Of a stretch of 64,000 bases of DNA, positions 12,601-27,600 are shown piece by piece. Made by a program: the position numbers and the translations under genes. Origin of the DNA: Owenia fusiformis (Eukaryota); assembly GCA_903813345.2 (NCBI GenBank), contig CAIIXF020000001.1:31806001-31870000 (forward strand). The letters run 5' to 3'. How positions within the stretch are numbered: the stretch's first letter is position 1; each line of letters starts with the position of its first letter. The notes beneath the pieces were generated by a model. The model was not told the DNA's origin, did no database searches, and saw nothing but the letters and a program-made list of their open reading frames with translations.

Positions 12601-15600
12601 TTCAAATTTAGGAAGTTGGGAATCAGAAATCCTTCCCTTGACATATACTGTGAATGCACTCAATATGTTCCATGTGTACCTGTCCTGAACAGCCATATAC
12701 TTATCACCAAACTCTTCTGATATTTTAGTCTTCAGGGCCACCATATTTTCATTGGTCCATTGAACAAGCATCGCATCAACCAAGACATCATTGACACTCA
12801 CAAAGTATAACAGCTTTACATAGTCATTGCTGGAACATGTCAAATGTACTTATTTTTGTACTGTTGATACTGTATTCTGTAACTACACTAAATTTTTAAA
12901 GTTTTAGTCACTTTATCAAGTCAATTAATAAAAACACAGATGAGTTATATCTATCTAAAATTTATTAATTGATGCAAGCTGGGCATTAACAAATGAAGCC
13001 CAAAACATGATCAGATTTTTCAAATCTAATGTCACATAAGCTATTAATGCTCTTCTTAGCTCCGATTCTGTATTATATGAAGTTTTGAACAAAATACTCA
13101 TTCGGCCGGGCGCCAGCCGATGAATAGGAGCAAATGTGACCCAGGCATTAGAAAAATGCCTATATTTGAATCTTAAATGAAATGACTTCACCAATCAATA
13201 ACATCATATCATGGATCTTTTTGGAAAATTTGAAATTATTAGGAATTCTGCCTTTGAAAATATTATGTTCCATTTTCCATCATTTATCAAAATAATACAC
13301 AAAGAAAGAAAGAAAGATCCTCAAAAATTGATCTTTCAGAAAAAGGGGTTGTTCCCAGTACAGTAGGTCATTTTATAACGAAAGGGAATTCAAAGCATGC
13401 GAAGGGGAAGTTCTCATGAGCTCCATCTTGCTATACCTATGCTTCTAGAGTAAGTGTCGACAATGTCTTTCAAAACCACAAAAGGTAAAAGTTTAATGCT
13501 CCATATGGGGTGATTTTGGCATGTTTCTGTATTTTGAGCATGTTTTGTAAAATGGCCGTAAAATCTTGAACATTAAAAATAGACCAATGGAACTTATAAA
13601 GAATGAAAGAAAATTGAAAAAGGTTCAATTGTGCCTAATAAGGTTTTAAATCCGTGCTGGATGAAACACGCAACAGTTTTTTAAATTTGAAATTTCTGCA
13701 TTTTGAATCTTGTATTAGGCTACTATAAAATGGAATAGTACATACCATGTTGGATCCACAACTTTGTATTGATTCCAAATTTCCACAGAAACTGCTTCTG
13801 CAGTCATATTCTTTTCCTGAACCCAGGTGTCAACAATTGCTTTCTTTAGTTTATCCTTATCAGAGTCTTGTACCCATTTGTCTAACAGTACTGTGTAACC
13901 CTTTTCAGGTCTTCTTGTTTGAATATTAGTTGTTATCACATAAGCTTCACCATTAGTGGCATTCACATGTAGGTTTTCTTTCAGTGTTGTTGAGTTTAAT
14001 GGCGGGTCGCTTACATCCATGGGGTACAAGGTAAACTTTGGCTTCTCAAGCTTGTTAACTCGATAGAGTAACTCTGACATTATGTTTCTAAAATAATTTA
14101 TTTTTAACATTTAGAAAATGTGATAAGCAATAAATAATGTATGATTTTACTGTTATTCTTAAAATCGTTTGTAATCATTACTTACCCTTGTTTGTCCATG
14201 CGTGTTTGTGAGCCACAAATGCTAACATTTAGTGGTTGATGAAAGTCTGGAAAATATAAAAGAAATATTATATTATTGAACAGATTTTCAGCAGGTTTGA
14301 ATTGGCACATTGCCTCTTCCAAAACTGTCAAACTGTCTGCAATTGATTTGTTTGAAGTTAACAGAAACTTCTAATAAAAATTGATGTGAGCAGAAAAATG
14401 GCAATTGGGTTAAAATGTGCTATTTTGTTGCAACATAAAAGAAAACTAAGATCTAACTAGCTATAGCACTTGGTAATATTAACACTTCTGAAGTACTTCA
14501 TACTGTATATTGCATAGGATGACGTCCCGGGGGGTTCACTCTTATTAATTTGGGTAGGTATGTGCAGCACAGGCAATGTTGGCTTAGGGCATAAACCATG
14601 GAACCTGGCCATTCTGAGAGGAAAAAACATGGAAAATTTGTCGAAAAGAGAGCAATTTTAAGTCAAATATCAGTTTTTCTACAAAAATGGTAATAAATCT
14701 GTAAAATCAGTTGGTGAGGTCTGGGACAATTCACCAAAAAAGTTTAATAATACTTAATAAACCAATATTTCAGGAAATTTACTCCCTTTTACAAGTCTGA
14801 GAGGAAGTATACATGGAAACTTTCAATCTTGAGAGGAAGTTGACATGGAAAAAATGCTCAAAAAGGAGGTCTTTGGTGCAGCACATAGGTATTGAGAGGT
14901 ATATTGGAGTGAAACCCTCGCGGATGACGTAGACCAATACTCTAATTGTTTGGACTGGATGGTGTAGTGTTTGGTGCTTTTCAGTTTTTTGGTCAAAAGT
15001 ACCTTATTATTATAATATAGCAATCCTCAATGGGAAATCTACTATTTTAAACATTATGAATAAATATTTACCTTCTTTATATTGGTTTGTCCAAATATCT
15101 GACAACTGGGTCTCAAACTCAGGGTAGTCACTTTCAGATACAACTGGAGACACGATTATCTTGAAAAGCTTTTCCTTAGTTTCATAAACATTAGGCTCAT
15201 TTATATTCACATCAAGAGTTGACAGTAGTGCATCTCCATATTTTACACCAGATGCTGTGTATTCATTGAGTTTTAATTTGACTGCGTTCTTGTTTGCTGA
15301 GTCAATCTCAGGGCTGAGCAATTTTCCATTCTCCTCCACAAAGTATGCTAGCTCCCAGTAGGTAGCACTGAAAATATTTATAACATTAGTCAAATTATTA
15401 AGGCAACATTAGTGAACTACCACTATTAAAAGATCTTAAATTCTATTGAAATAATGAACCATATGTCTTTACTTTATTATCCCAACGAACAAAATTCGAG
15501 GGGGATATAGAAAGCTGCATAGAGACAAAGGAGCTCTGCTCGAGAAGAAGTTTTAAGATGGCTACTGAATTTCAAAATAGCTGCCAAGAAGAAATTTTCA

Positions 15601-18600
15601 AGGTGGCTGCTATATATCAAAACATTCTTTTGTTCGGTGGGATTAGCTACTTCATGGAGTTGCTGTTCATATAAATTGTATTTTTCATGTACTCACTCTG
15701 ATTTGTTTACAAAGTTCAAAGCTTCATCTTGTCTGATCACGTTCAATCCTGTCACATTAAATGATCCTGAAATAACATTTTAACATTGAATAATGAACAT
15801 GTTTATGCTGGTTAACATTTAACCAGTTCTCTACTTTGTTAAACATGGTCAGTGATTATTTCCTGTTTTGACCAATCATACAATTGCAAGCTTGACACTG
15901 TGACAGTGCTACAATAATTCAATATATCACATGGCACATAACTCATTTTATTTGATAAAATGGACTGTATCCCTACAGAGTCAACAGGACTTAGTTGCTG
16001 ATGCATTTATTCTCCAGTTAACATGAATATGGCCTTGGAGATGGCTCAGGTAACAATGTATCACCACTCAATAATGTTTCAGTTCAGTTACTATATTTAG
16101 TATATATGGTGTTTTATATTAAATGATTTTTCAATAGAAATAATGACTTAAATGAATAAACTGCAACGTGTTGACTGAAACATAAGTATTTGTAATGTCC
16201 TAATGTATGTTTAACCATATTCATTAGATTGAGTGCCTAATCTCTTTTATACTATAATTAACTCTAGTCAATTAAAGAGACAATATGTTACATGTTAACC
16301 CTTTCTAATGTTCTATTTATTATGTATATGGATTTATAATTATCAAACTTGTGCAATACTTGGGATAAACTGTTTTATAGTACATTACTGATACATATTG
16401 ACTTTTGTGTATGCTCAATGTTCTTGCGAACATAATTCTATTTGGAAGTTAGTGACCAGTGTCTCATAAGCCGACATCAGCTGGTGGTATTTTAATTATG
16501 TCTTTATTATATATGTATTAATTGTATCATACCAGTATCATACCAGTGACACTTAAATAAAATATTTTAAACTTAAAAACTTAATAAAGCTTGTTGTACT
16601 CTTTTCATTAGAGTGTTATACTGATTCTATATCCCATTCCATGAAAAATAGCTTTTAGTCTATTTTATGCATGTCACACTGTCTGATCAGATTACAGCTA
16701 ATTTTATTGTCGTAATTAAGATAAGATAGGATAGTAATGTATCACCAACATTTTTATTTGCTTACATAACCAAAGATGTCACCTTAGTTAGGTCATCAGA
16801 GGGAATATAATCAAAATCAGTATTTTAAAGTTTACATTTGGCTTCATTCCACTGAATTTCTTTATGTCAAAAAGCTATTCACCTCATGGGATCTATTAGA
16901 CATGCACATTTTTTCAAGGAATGAATAAGGTGATCTAAAATGTAGAAATGAGTTTGATAATGAATGGGGCATATTATACATACCTCCTGCTTTATTCACC
17001 CATACTTCCCTCAGTTTTGTACCAATAGCATCAAGGTCTTTTGTGAGAATTGGGCGGGATAGAATCAGACTGTGATGCATGCCATAATCTTCAAGTCCTT
17101 CCCCATTAACTGCTCTGTATTGATATTCACGGGGAGAATTGAAGTTCAACTTGCTGTTCAAATTGGTTAAGTTTATTGGTCGAATTTCTCCAAGCTTCTT
17201 TGTGTTGTTGTTCTCAATGAAGAAAAAGTAGTACCTTGTTTGGAGGTCTCTGTAGGCATACATAATATGGTTAAAATAATTGTAAAGTTGACTTGTTTCT
17301 GCAACAAAATGTTTACTTGAACATATTAGATACATTCGTTAATAAATATTAAAGATTTAAAAGCATTCATGTTTTTCTTTATTCATCAGCTTGAATATTA
17401 TGTGGTACATGCGTGTATGTATGTATGTATGATTAATACATAAACATTGATATGATATAATTATTTAAATGTTTAGCTTACCCATCTGCTGTCACATATT
17501 CATCTCGTATAGCAGGGTCAACACGGGTCTTATATTCAGTGGTATTTTCATACTCTGGAAAATGATAGATTGCAGGATTTTACGTGATATACAATTATTA
17601 CAAAACTATACATATATATCAGCAGAATTATTTCATTCCTATCATATCATCAATTGGAATATTATATGGTACATGTATGTATGATTAATATATAAATATT
17701 GATACAATATAATTATCACAGTCACCATTCATATGTTTAACCCTTTGAATCCTATGTTCTAAAAGTTGATGCTCAACATAGTAAAATTAGTCAGCAAAGA
17801 TCATTTCTACATATTTTAAGATCATTTCTAAGGTGACTAGAAATCTTGTCACTCTAAGTCAAGAGGTTAAGCATTATAAAATACTGTGTGTGTCATTATA
17901 CTGTTTCCAATTTTGTGTAGCATACACTTAACTCATTATGGTTTTGTATGTGTAATAACATTTATAAATCTAAATCTATCATTGATTTGAGCATTGATGC
18001 ATTGGAGGCTCAAATTTGAGACAATTAAAGTTATTCCTACTGTTATTAGATTCTCTGATGGTAGTTTCAATGGCCATGTTGATTTTGCCAAAGTCCAGCC
18101 TAGATAGCCAATGTGGAAGGTAAATTGAGTGAGCATCTTCAAGAGACACAGTCTCATCACGATTAAGAGATGTGATGTTTGTTATATCACCAAGATCAGG
18201 AAGCTCAGGAATTTCATCAGGTGACAAAAATGGATTGATTCGGACAAAGTATATAAGGGCCCATCCATCATTCCTAAAATATAGTTTTAGGTTATTAATT
18301 GCTTTTTAACATTTAACTTAATGTTTTCTAACTTGAAGTAAATTAAAATAAAATATTGACATGTAGGTTACAATAATCAAGTATTTAATTTATGTTAAGC
18401 CCTTCAGAATAGTTATATTAGTTAAACAAATGCAGTTAAAACCTTTATAAAAGCATACCCATCTTCATCAATTGTTCTGATTTGATTGTACACATATACT
18501 CTCAGCGTATCATATCCTAAAAACAAAAATGATGAGTGTATCAACTACAATTGAAAAACAAAGAAAGCAGTATATTGTAAGAACAACATTTGGTTATACT

Positions 18601-21600
18601 TATTGCACATATTCTAACTTACTTGAGTCATTCTGATTCTTTGCCTTAAGGAATTCTGTGAGGACCTCTTCATATCTTGGGAAGTCAGTTTCCCTAGCTT
18701 TCCTATGAAGTGGTGACTCAAAATGTTTATCATATGATACAACCAGGTTTTGATTCGGAGGTATGATAGTATATTGTCCATTGGTGAAACTTGGCAGGGG
18801 AGTCAGGTATGTGGTGTTCATCGTGGGCCAAATCTCAGGCTGGGTACATGTGTTGTTTACAAGGAGGAAATAGAATATCCTGTATAGCTTTGTTCTAAAA
18901 TGGAAAACATAAATAAATTGAATCATTCATATTATATCATTCTTATGATTTAAACTATATTGTTTTGGTTTTTACTTGTGAACCAGACATTACACAAACT
19001 ATTTTTTAACTATTTTCTTGCAATATTTGAGTAATTGAATATCTGTTTATGTTGCTTACTTTGTATCCAAGTCAATGTACAGCTCTGTGCTGTGATACTG
19101 GACGTCCATTGTATAGCCCATTAGTTGAGCTACAGTGGCAAATAAAGATAAAGAAAACATTGTATATAAGCATTCACTTTATACCCAAGTCAATTTTGCT
19201 GCAGTTTACATGTCCTCATCAGGTCCATGCACAGTGCTGGGTGTTGACAGTATAAACAACATTACCAATTTAGTTTAGATAAATTTCTATTGACTATGAA
19301 CTCAAAGAAGTCTTAGACAAACATTTTTTTATAGCTTAGCTCTTTTCAGAACACTTATCAGAGCAAATCACCTTTTAAACTTAAATAAGATTGTGTGGGA
19401 ATTTATAAATTTCTTTCTTTTTCAAGTTAAGTTGAATCAAGTAATATGAATGTGAACATTTAAGTTGAATGCATGGACATGCCATGTATATAGTTACTCT
19501 CCATGCTGTATTGATAACTGATATTATGTGAGGATATGACACTTTTTTGATCATGAATCATAAGCTAAATAAATTATTTAAGATGACTGAATTTGTGTAG
19601 GACTAAAATACCAATGACAGACAAGTGAAATCGGTTCAATTAAAGTTTGTTTTTTTTGTAAATATTTCATATTTTAGTGTAATTAAGCAAAGGAGATTTG
19701 ACCATTGACTTTTTACTTTGTCCACAGATGAGTATTTATTGTATTTAGAAAGTACAATCAATCATTTTTTTGAAAATGCGCTGATATAGTATTGCCTTGG
19801 AACTTGCTGTGATTTTGTAGTAACGTAAACAAACCCACCCCACCTGTAGCAATCTTAAGAATGAAGTGTTGTTAATGAATAAATGTTTATATTAAATTAA
19901 TCTTTAATTGAAATACAGGTTTATACATTGCTCATCATGATGAATTCATATTGTGTTTCAAAGTTTGTTTTAGCTTTTTCATAAAATCAGAATTACTCCA
20001 CACAACCACATCTGGCTCCAAGAAGGTGATATGATGTGCCTTGTATATGGTGTTAAAACTGTATCAAAATTGGACATCTTATATTTATGTGATATCTCAA
20101 ACACATAGAATAGCGTTTAGCAGAATACATACACAATCCGTGTGATTTCATACACGGTTTGTTCGAGTTTGTACACTTTATGTTTGTAAAATCACACTTG
20201 TACATGCGTATTTGTGTATGCATTGTTTAAAAATGACATCGAACAGGGTACACAAGTCGAACAAACTCTTGTGCGGCTCGCACAAACGTTTTCCCCTTCA
20301 CAAACTATGATGTGCCGATGACACACCTTGATGTACCGATCACACACCTTGATATAACATAAATTGCTTTCTAGAGATGTTCGAGATTTTGTTCTAAATC
20401 TCGCGTTACTTTTGCACTGAACGAAATAACACAGCGCGGCAAAAAGATAAAAAGATCTAGTTTGTAGTTTCTCAATATATTGCCACTGTACGTCTCCCTA
20501 GCCTAGGGCCTAGGGTATCCTATTATATATTTTTAATTTAAAATTTACATTTTATCACATTTCAACGAAGGGCGCCATATTGTAGAAATCAGGATGTAAA
20601 TATCACGTGACTTCAAATCTCGCACCCTGTGTGAAGTGCAACTTGTTTGTGACAGCCTATGCGAGTGGGAGCCATCCTATGCGACTTTGAACTCAATGCG
20701 TGTGTAAAATTGACACGTTCATTCGAAATTTACTTTGATCCATGTGTAATTCTTTCAGTATTCATGCAACTTATACCACAATCCGTGTGACATTTCAACA
20801 TTGCTTTTGGATTTTTGGAAAGTGATTTGAGTTAGTGCTAACTCTTTGTGGGACACTTGATACAACCAGTGTGAATGAAAATAAGTTATGTAAGAAAATT
20901 AACTGTTGGTATAACATGGATTGAAAATGGCACACGATGATGCGAGTTTCGCATATAATGATGCGTATTTCGCATAGTATGATGCGAGTTTCGAATCATA
21001 TGGTTCGAGTATCGCATCATATAGTTCGATTTTCCCATACATCATGTAATGTCCAATTTTGATACAAAATAAATTCCATACTTGTACACTTAAAGCCCGA
21101 GGCTTTATGAATACTACTTCTTATTTACTTAAAAATAAATCAACTCTCAATTGTCTAAAAAATTCAATAATATTAGCTGGACAATATGCTATTACAAACT
21201 CACTCCATCCAAAATGTTGTTTTAAAGGTGACATAAATATATGTGAAGCCTTCACCCATGCAAGCCAAATAAGCAATGTATTAGATTATAGACTCAAAGA
21301 ACAAATGGCTATAGACACCCCTGGGGTCAATTAACATTTTTTGAAAAATGCAATGTCGTTAATTTCCTTGATATGTAGGATCAAATTGTAGATAAATATG
21401 TATTTTTTCAAGAAATAGCAATAAAAAACATTCAAATCTACTGATATAAGTATATTTTGATTGATTTGAGAGTAATGTATCACTTCCTGTGAAAATGAAT
21501 TTTTTATCAGTCTCAGAAAATGTCTCCAGAATGTATAAACCCTACTTGGCAGATGTCCCATTGTTTGATTGTGTCACTCTATACACTCTTTGGATTAATA

Positions 21601-24600
21601 TGTTGTACACATAAATAGTCATTTTCCAATAGTCATTGAGTAGGGATTAGTTATGTTTGCAATTGTGTTGACCTACTTATTTTTAGAGACAGGAAGGTCA
21701 TGATAAACTGCTTTGTTCATACTGTATAACCCTGGTTCTTACCTAGAAAGTTATATGTAGTAAGGGTATAGTGTACTTCTAAATCTAAGGTTCATCTAAG
21801 AGATCTATAAAAAATCTAGGTAAGGACCAGGCGTTGTGCAAAAATAGAACTTTTATGCAATATTCAGCATGAAATAAAATTTCAGCCATTTTGAAAATCC
21901 TTAGAATGATTGTGACAACTGTGTTTTATATGTTCAATATATTTTCTTATTTCATTATATCATTATTATCATTTCATGAACTAATATTTATGGTTGCACT
22001 GAAGCATGAACTCCTATATTTTACAATGGCTCTAAACAACATAATAATATGTAATTCCTTTCTATACATTCATATAAATGTACATGCAAAATTGAGATGA
22101 TTGTTGTACAATCATTTAATGTTCATATGACAGCCGTCATTTTTGTCAATGAATAATTCACAGGCAGTTCACAGGCTGATCATACAAATGTTCATATTTA
22201 GAAATCCAACTCAACTTTATTGTGCAGAAGAAATATACTGTAAGTCACAATCAGTAGGCAAGAAAACGACATTTGCTCATAAAATGCCCATAGCAAAGAG
22301 AACTGTATGAGTGAACTGCAATCACTTAGTACCCCCTATATGGAGACAGAGGGGTTACATCTAAATCATAGTGGACTCTTTTGAGGACTTCCCCATTTTG
22401 ACTGAAGACGATGTATGTCAACTCACTTTTGGTGTATATAAAGCACAAACACATGAATGTGCTCATCTACAGAAGAACAACAGTTATGTAAAGTCCAGAG
22501 TAACCTTTTAGAAATAGTTATATTTTATGTGAAATAATAAATTCAGTATTTCACTGCCACTTTGATGCAAACTGTATATGAGCAATTGCTCTCAAGAAAG
22601 CAGATCAATAATATAATTGATTGATATGCATTTTTGACTTGTTAATTACTCCATGTGTTTTTTAATGTTGCCCATTGTTCTTTCTCATTGTGATGTAAAT
22701 TAAAAAACTCAATATTCTTTTCTGACACTTTTTGCAAACTTTTTTTGTAGATGTTTTGGCACTTTTGACTTGTTATATTTTATGTGTTTTCGAATGTTGT
22801 CCATTATGCTTTGTCACTATTACGTAAGGTTATACCAAGAGGATCGATTAAAAAAGTCTTAAATGACTGTCTTGGTAATATAGATAGACACAGTGACAAT
22901 AATGATGTGAAAAGAATGATTTAGAATGACCTATATTTTGAAATTTAAAGGTCAAAATGACCTTATTTTTGTAACTGGTTATCAAACAAAGTCCCTTCTT
23001 TGATATCCTGTACAATTTCTTTTAAATATCTTGGGAGCTAATATAGGGTCTTAAAGACACTCGTCCTTTGTCCTATGAAATTTGATCCTTAAGTGCAGAA
23101 TTCTGTTATCATAATTGTTCTTTAACAAATTGTGCATAACATTAAATAATAAGCTTTAGAAGTAAACCTTACGATAGATCAATAACCACACAATTTATAG
23201 GAGTAGTATTAGGGAATTCAGAAATCTTCTAGCTAGTATCTTTATCATTATCCCATCGAACGAAGTTCGGAGGGATATAGGGAACGCCTCCATCCGTCCG
23301 TCTGTCCGTCCGTACGTACGTACGTCCGTCCGTCCGTCCATCTGTCCGTCTGTCCGGGCAATAACTCAAATACAGTTGGCCCGATTTTGTTCATATTTTG
23401 TACACATATACCCTATGGGGGTAGAAGTTCTGCTCGAAAGCCGATTTTCAAAATGGCTGCTCATCTAAAAATGACGGCCATTTTAGTGCCGATTTTACAG
23501 TAATTTAGGTGCAATATGTAAATCTGTAATAGCAATATGTTTTAAATGTAAAAAATTATATAGGACATTGATAAAGCTAGAAATGTAGATATTAAAGAAG
23601 CACATGGCAGCCATCTTGAAAAATGGCGGCCTTTACTCGTTATTTTATATGATTTTTGCTGTAACTCAAGAAGTAGTGGAGCGATTTTGTTCATATTTTG
23701 TATGTGAATACTATTAGCATGGCTCACTGTCTAATGACACTTTTGGTAGGAGGCGGCCATTTTGAAAATGGCCGCCATTTTGAAAAATAGCCGCCATTTT
23801 GACATATTTAACTATAACTCAAAAAGTAGTGGAGCGATTTCGTTCATATTTGGTTTGTGAATACTATAAGCATGGCACACTGTCTAATGATACTTTTGGT
23901 AGAAGGCGGCCATTTTGTCATTTTAACATATTTTAATTACTGTAACTCGAAAAGTAGTGGAGCGATTTTGTTCATATTTGGAATGTGAATAATATAAGCA
24001 TGGCACACTGTCTCAGGACACTTTTGGTAGAAGGCGGCCATTTTTCAAAATGGCCGCCATTTTAACGTATTTTACTATAACTCGAAAAGTAGTGGAGCGA
24101 TTTTGTTCATATTTGGTATGTGAATACTATAAAAAAAGCGTATTGTGAATAATATAAGCATGGCACACTGTCTAATGACACTTTTGATAGAATGCGGCCA
24201 TTTTTCAAATGTATTTTACTATAACTCGAAAAGTAGTGGAGCGATTTTGTTCATATTTGGTATGTGAATACTATAAAAAAAGCGTATTACTTATTTTACG
24301 ATTTTTGCTGTAACTTGAAAGGTAGTGGAGCGATTTTGTTCTTATTTAGTATGTGAATACTATAAGCATGGCACACTGTCTAATGACACTTTTGATAGAA
24401 GGCGACCATTTTGAAAAATGGCCACCATTTTAAAGTATTTTACTATAACTCGAAAAGTAGTGGAGCGATTTTGTTCATATTTGGTATGTGAATACTATAA
24501 AAAAAGCGTATTACTATTTCTGATGACAACTTGGATAGTGAGCAACCATTTTGAAAATGGTGGCCTTTCTTATGTGTGTTATTTTATGATATTTGCTATT

Positions 24601-27600
24601 TATTTCGTTTGTAAAAACGCCAGCCATTTCTGTTCGATGGGATTCGCTACGCTTTGGCGTTGCCGTTGTTCTGGTTGACATCTGATTTTAGATAGTCCCT
24701 GTTAAATTCATGGTGCTCAAGAGAACAGAAAGAAACTTGGAGTAAATGTATATGCTTTGTGCTCTGGCGAAAGAGGTTGAAAAGCTTTTTTAGATGTAGA
24801 AAAATGCTTGGGATGCCTCTGTTTATTGTAAAGAATATGACATCAAAATTCTAATGCATGAATCTTCTATTAAACTAGATGTAAATACATTGTAATTACC
24901 ACACCAATTTAGAATTCATGAATGTAACTTTCATCAAGCTTATATTAGAAAATTATATTAAGAAAAATATGCTCACATTTAGTCTTGATTCAAAAAATTT
25001 TCAGTGTGTATTTTAAAAGTTTAAATTTTGCATATTAATGTTTCATATTACAATTTAAGAAATATTCCAGATCTCACTAAATATCAACTAAAGCTGTAAA
25101 GGTTGAAAGAATGGTTTTATTTGATTACCTGACCGAGTACAATCCTGTATAAAGACATCATCATCAGAATTAAAACTTAGATCATCTTTTGGAATATCCT
25201 CTAAAGCAGTATTTAAGAGTTTACATTCGCCTTCATTCCACTGAATTGCTTTACATGCTGATTCAACCTGGCACAAAGCTTGACATTTAGCTTGATCTTT
25301 GTCGTATTTCCATATCACATAACTTTCCTTCATCACAATAAATGCAGGGGCAGGATCTTCCCAGCTACATGCTGAAGCTGAATAGGGAGGGGCAGACCAT
25401 TAGATCTTTTAACTTAACATTATCATTTACTACAGGGTGTTTTATATTGACCATCCCCCATCAACCACCAATGCTAAATAGCATACCCCATATGTTATAT
25501 ATCATATGAAAGCCTGTCAATTCTGGACTTACTGAAACATTAACAACTTTGATTAAGCTTAACAGTTTTTACAACTTGCTACATAGAATCTGAGAGCCAC
25601 TTTTTTATTATTTAAAAATTAGCCACATCACCTACACATAGCTATGATAACCTTGCCTTAATACAATACTGTAGTATGCTGATGGATGCTGAGGATATAA
25701 CTTTATGGTATTTGAAAGACAACAGTATCACCCTTGGTATACGCAGCTAACGAAAATTGACCGGTACGGGTCAAAAGCTGGACCGGTACGGGTTAACGGT
25801 TTTATTTGAATTTAAAACAACCATAACTTGCTCAATATTGACTTCCTCGTGTCTAATTTGAAATATATGATGCCTCCCGATGCTTTTAAGTACCCCAATT
25901 TTTTACAGATTTTTAAACGCACCAAAACTCTCTAAATGCGCATTTATGCTCCTTTTCTCTCGAGAACGACGATCTATTTTTCCCCATCAAGGTATGATGT
26001 AAATGACATGCTATTTACATCAGACCTTGAAAGGGAAAAAAGATCTTATATGTTAGAACTACTAAATAAAAGTTATCATGAAAATGAGACAGTCGTTCCT
26101 GAGAGAAAAGATCATAAATGCGCATTTAGAGAGTTTTGGTCCGTTTAAAAATCTGTAAAAAATTGGGGTACTTAAAAGCATCGGGAGGCATCATATATTT
26201 CAAATTAGACACGAGGAAGTCAATATTGAGCAAGTTATGGCTGTTTTAAATTCAAATAAAACCGTTAACCCACACCGGTCCAGCTTTTGACCCGTACCCA
26301 TCAATTTTCGTTAGCTGCGTATACCAAGGGTGAGTATTAAATATTTCAAAGAAATGCCCAGAGAGATGATACAATGGATTATATAGTGAACTGCTCCTCT
26401 CTTTAAATTTATAAGGAATAGGAGCCACAAATCATGCAAATTGAGAGGATGGTGACTACCAAACATAAGTTTACAAATTATGTTCCTAACCGGTCATGCT
26501 AATATTTGGCACATACGTCCAAAATTGAATAAGTTTTATTATGGTATATTGATTACGAGGCCATGTGATCTAGGATTGACTGTGGATGGGTCGACAGTCA
26601 TGATTATGTAACACCCTGTATAACTAGACAACAGCAATGCCAAAGCGTAGCAAATCCCATCGAACAGCCACAGCTGGCATATTTACGAACAAAGTATAAT
26701 AATAAAATGGCCGCCTTCTACCAAAAGTGTCATTAGACAGTGTGCCATGCTTATAGTATTCACATACCAAATATGAACAAAATTGCTCCACTACTTTTCA
26801 AGTTATAGTAAAATACGTTAAAATGGTGGCCATTTTTCAAAATGGCGGCCATTTTTTAAAATGGCCTCCATCTACCAAAAGTGTCATTAGACAGTGTGCC
26901 ATGCTTATAGTATTCACATACCAAATATGAACAAAATCACTCCACTACTTTTCGAGTTACAGCAAAAATCGTAAAATAACGAGCAAAGGCCGCCATTTTT
27001 TAAGATGGCTGCCATGTGTTTCTTTAATATCTACATTCCTAGCTTTATTAATGTCCTTTATAATTTTTTTAACATTTAAAACATATTGCTATCACAGTTT
27101 TACATATTGCACCTAAATTACTGTAAAATCAGCACTAAAATGGCCGCCATTTTTAAATGAGCGGCCATTTTGAAAACCGGCTTTCGAGCAGAACTTCTAT
27201 CCCCATAGGGTATATGTGTACAAAATATGAACAAAATCGGGCCAACTGTATTTGAGTTATTGCCCGGACGGACGTACATACGGACGGACGGAGACCTTCC
27301 CTATATCCCTCCGAACTTCGTTCGATGGGATAATCAACCTGTATAATCTACACTTATTCAAAACAACAGGCATTGTCCAAGCTCAAAATGGGCTTTCCCT
27401 CCTTTTAGCTATTTATTCAGGCCTAGATTATGCTTTAAAATGTTAGGTCTTCAAAATATATATGAGGCTAAGAGGCTCAAGCTATATCAAATGACATACA
27501 TTCATTTACAAGAAATGTGCATAAACAGGTTAAAAAGCCATTTATAAATGATGTAGTGAAGCTAAATGAATCCCAAGCCACATCTGAGAACTTCTAGCTA

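Noticed and set aside
23670..24500. CRISPR-like repeat array
   Set aside because: Eukaryotic context, the spacers are themselves repeated, no cas genes; this is the tandem core of a HINE-like element.
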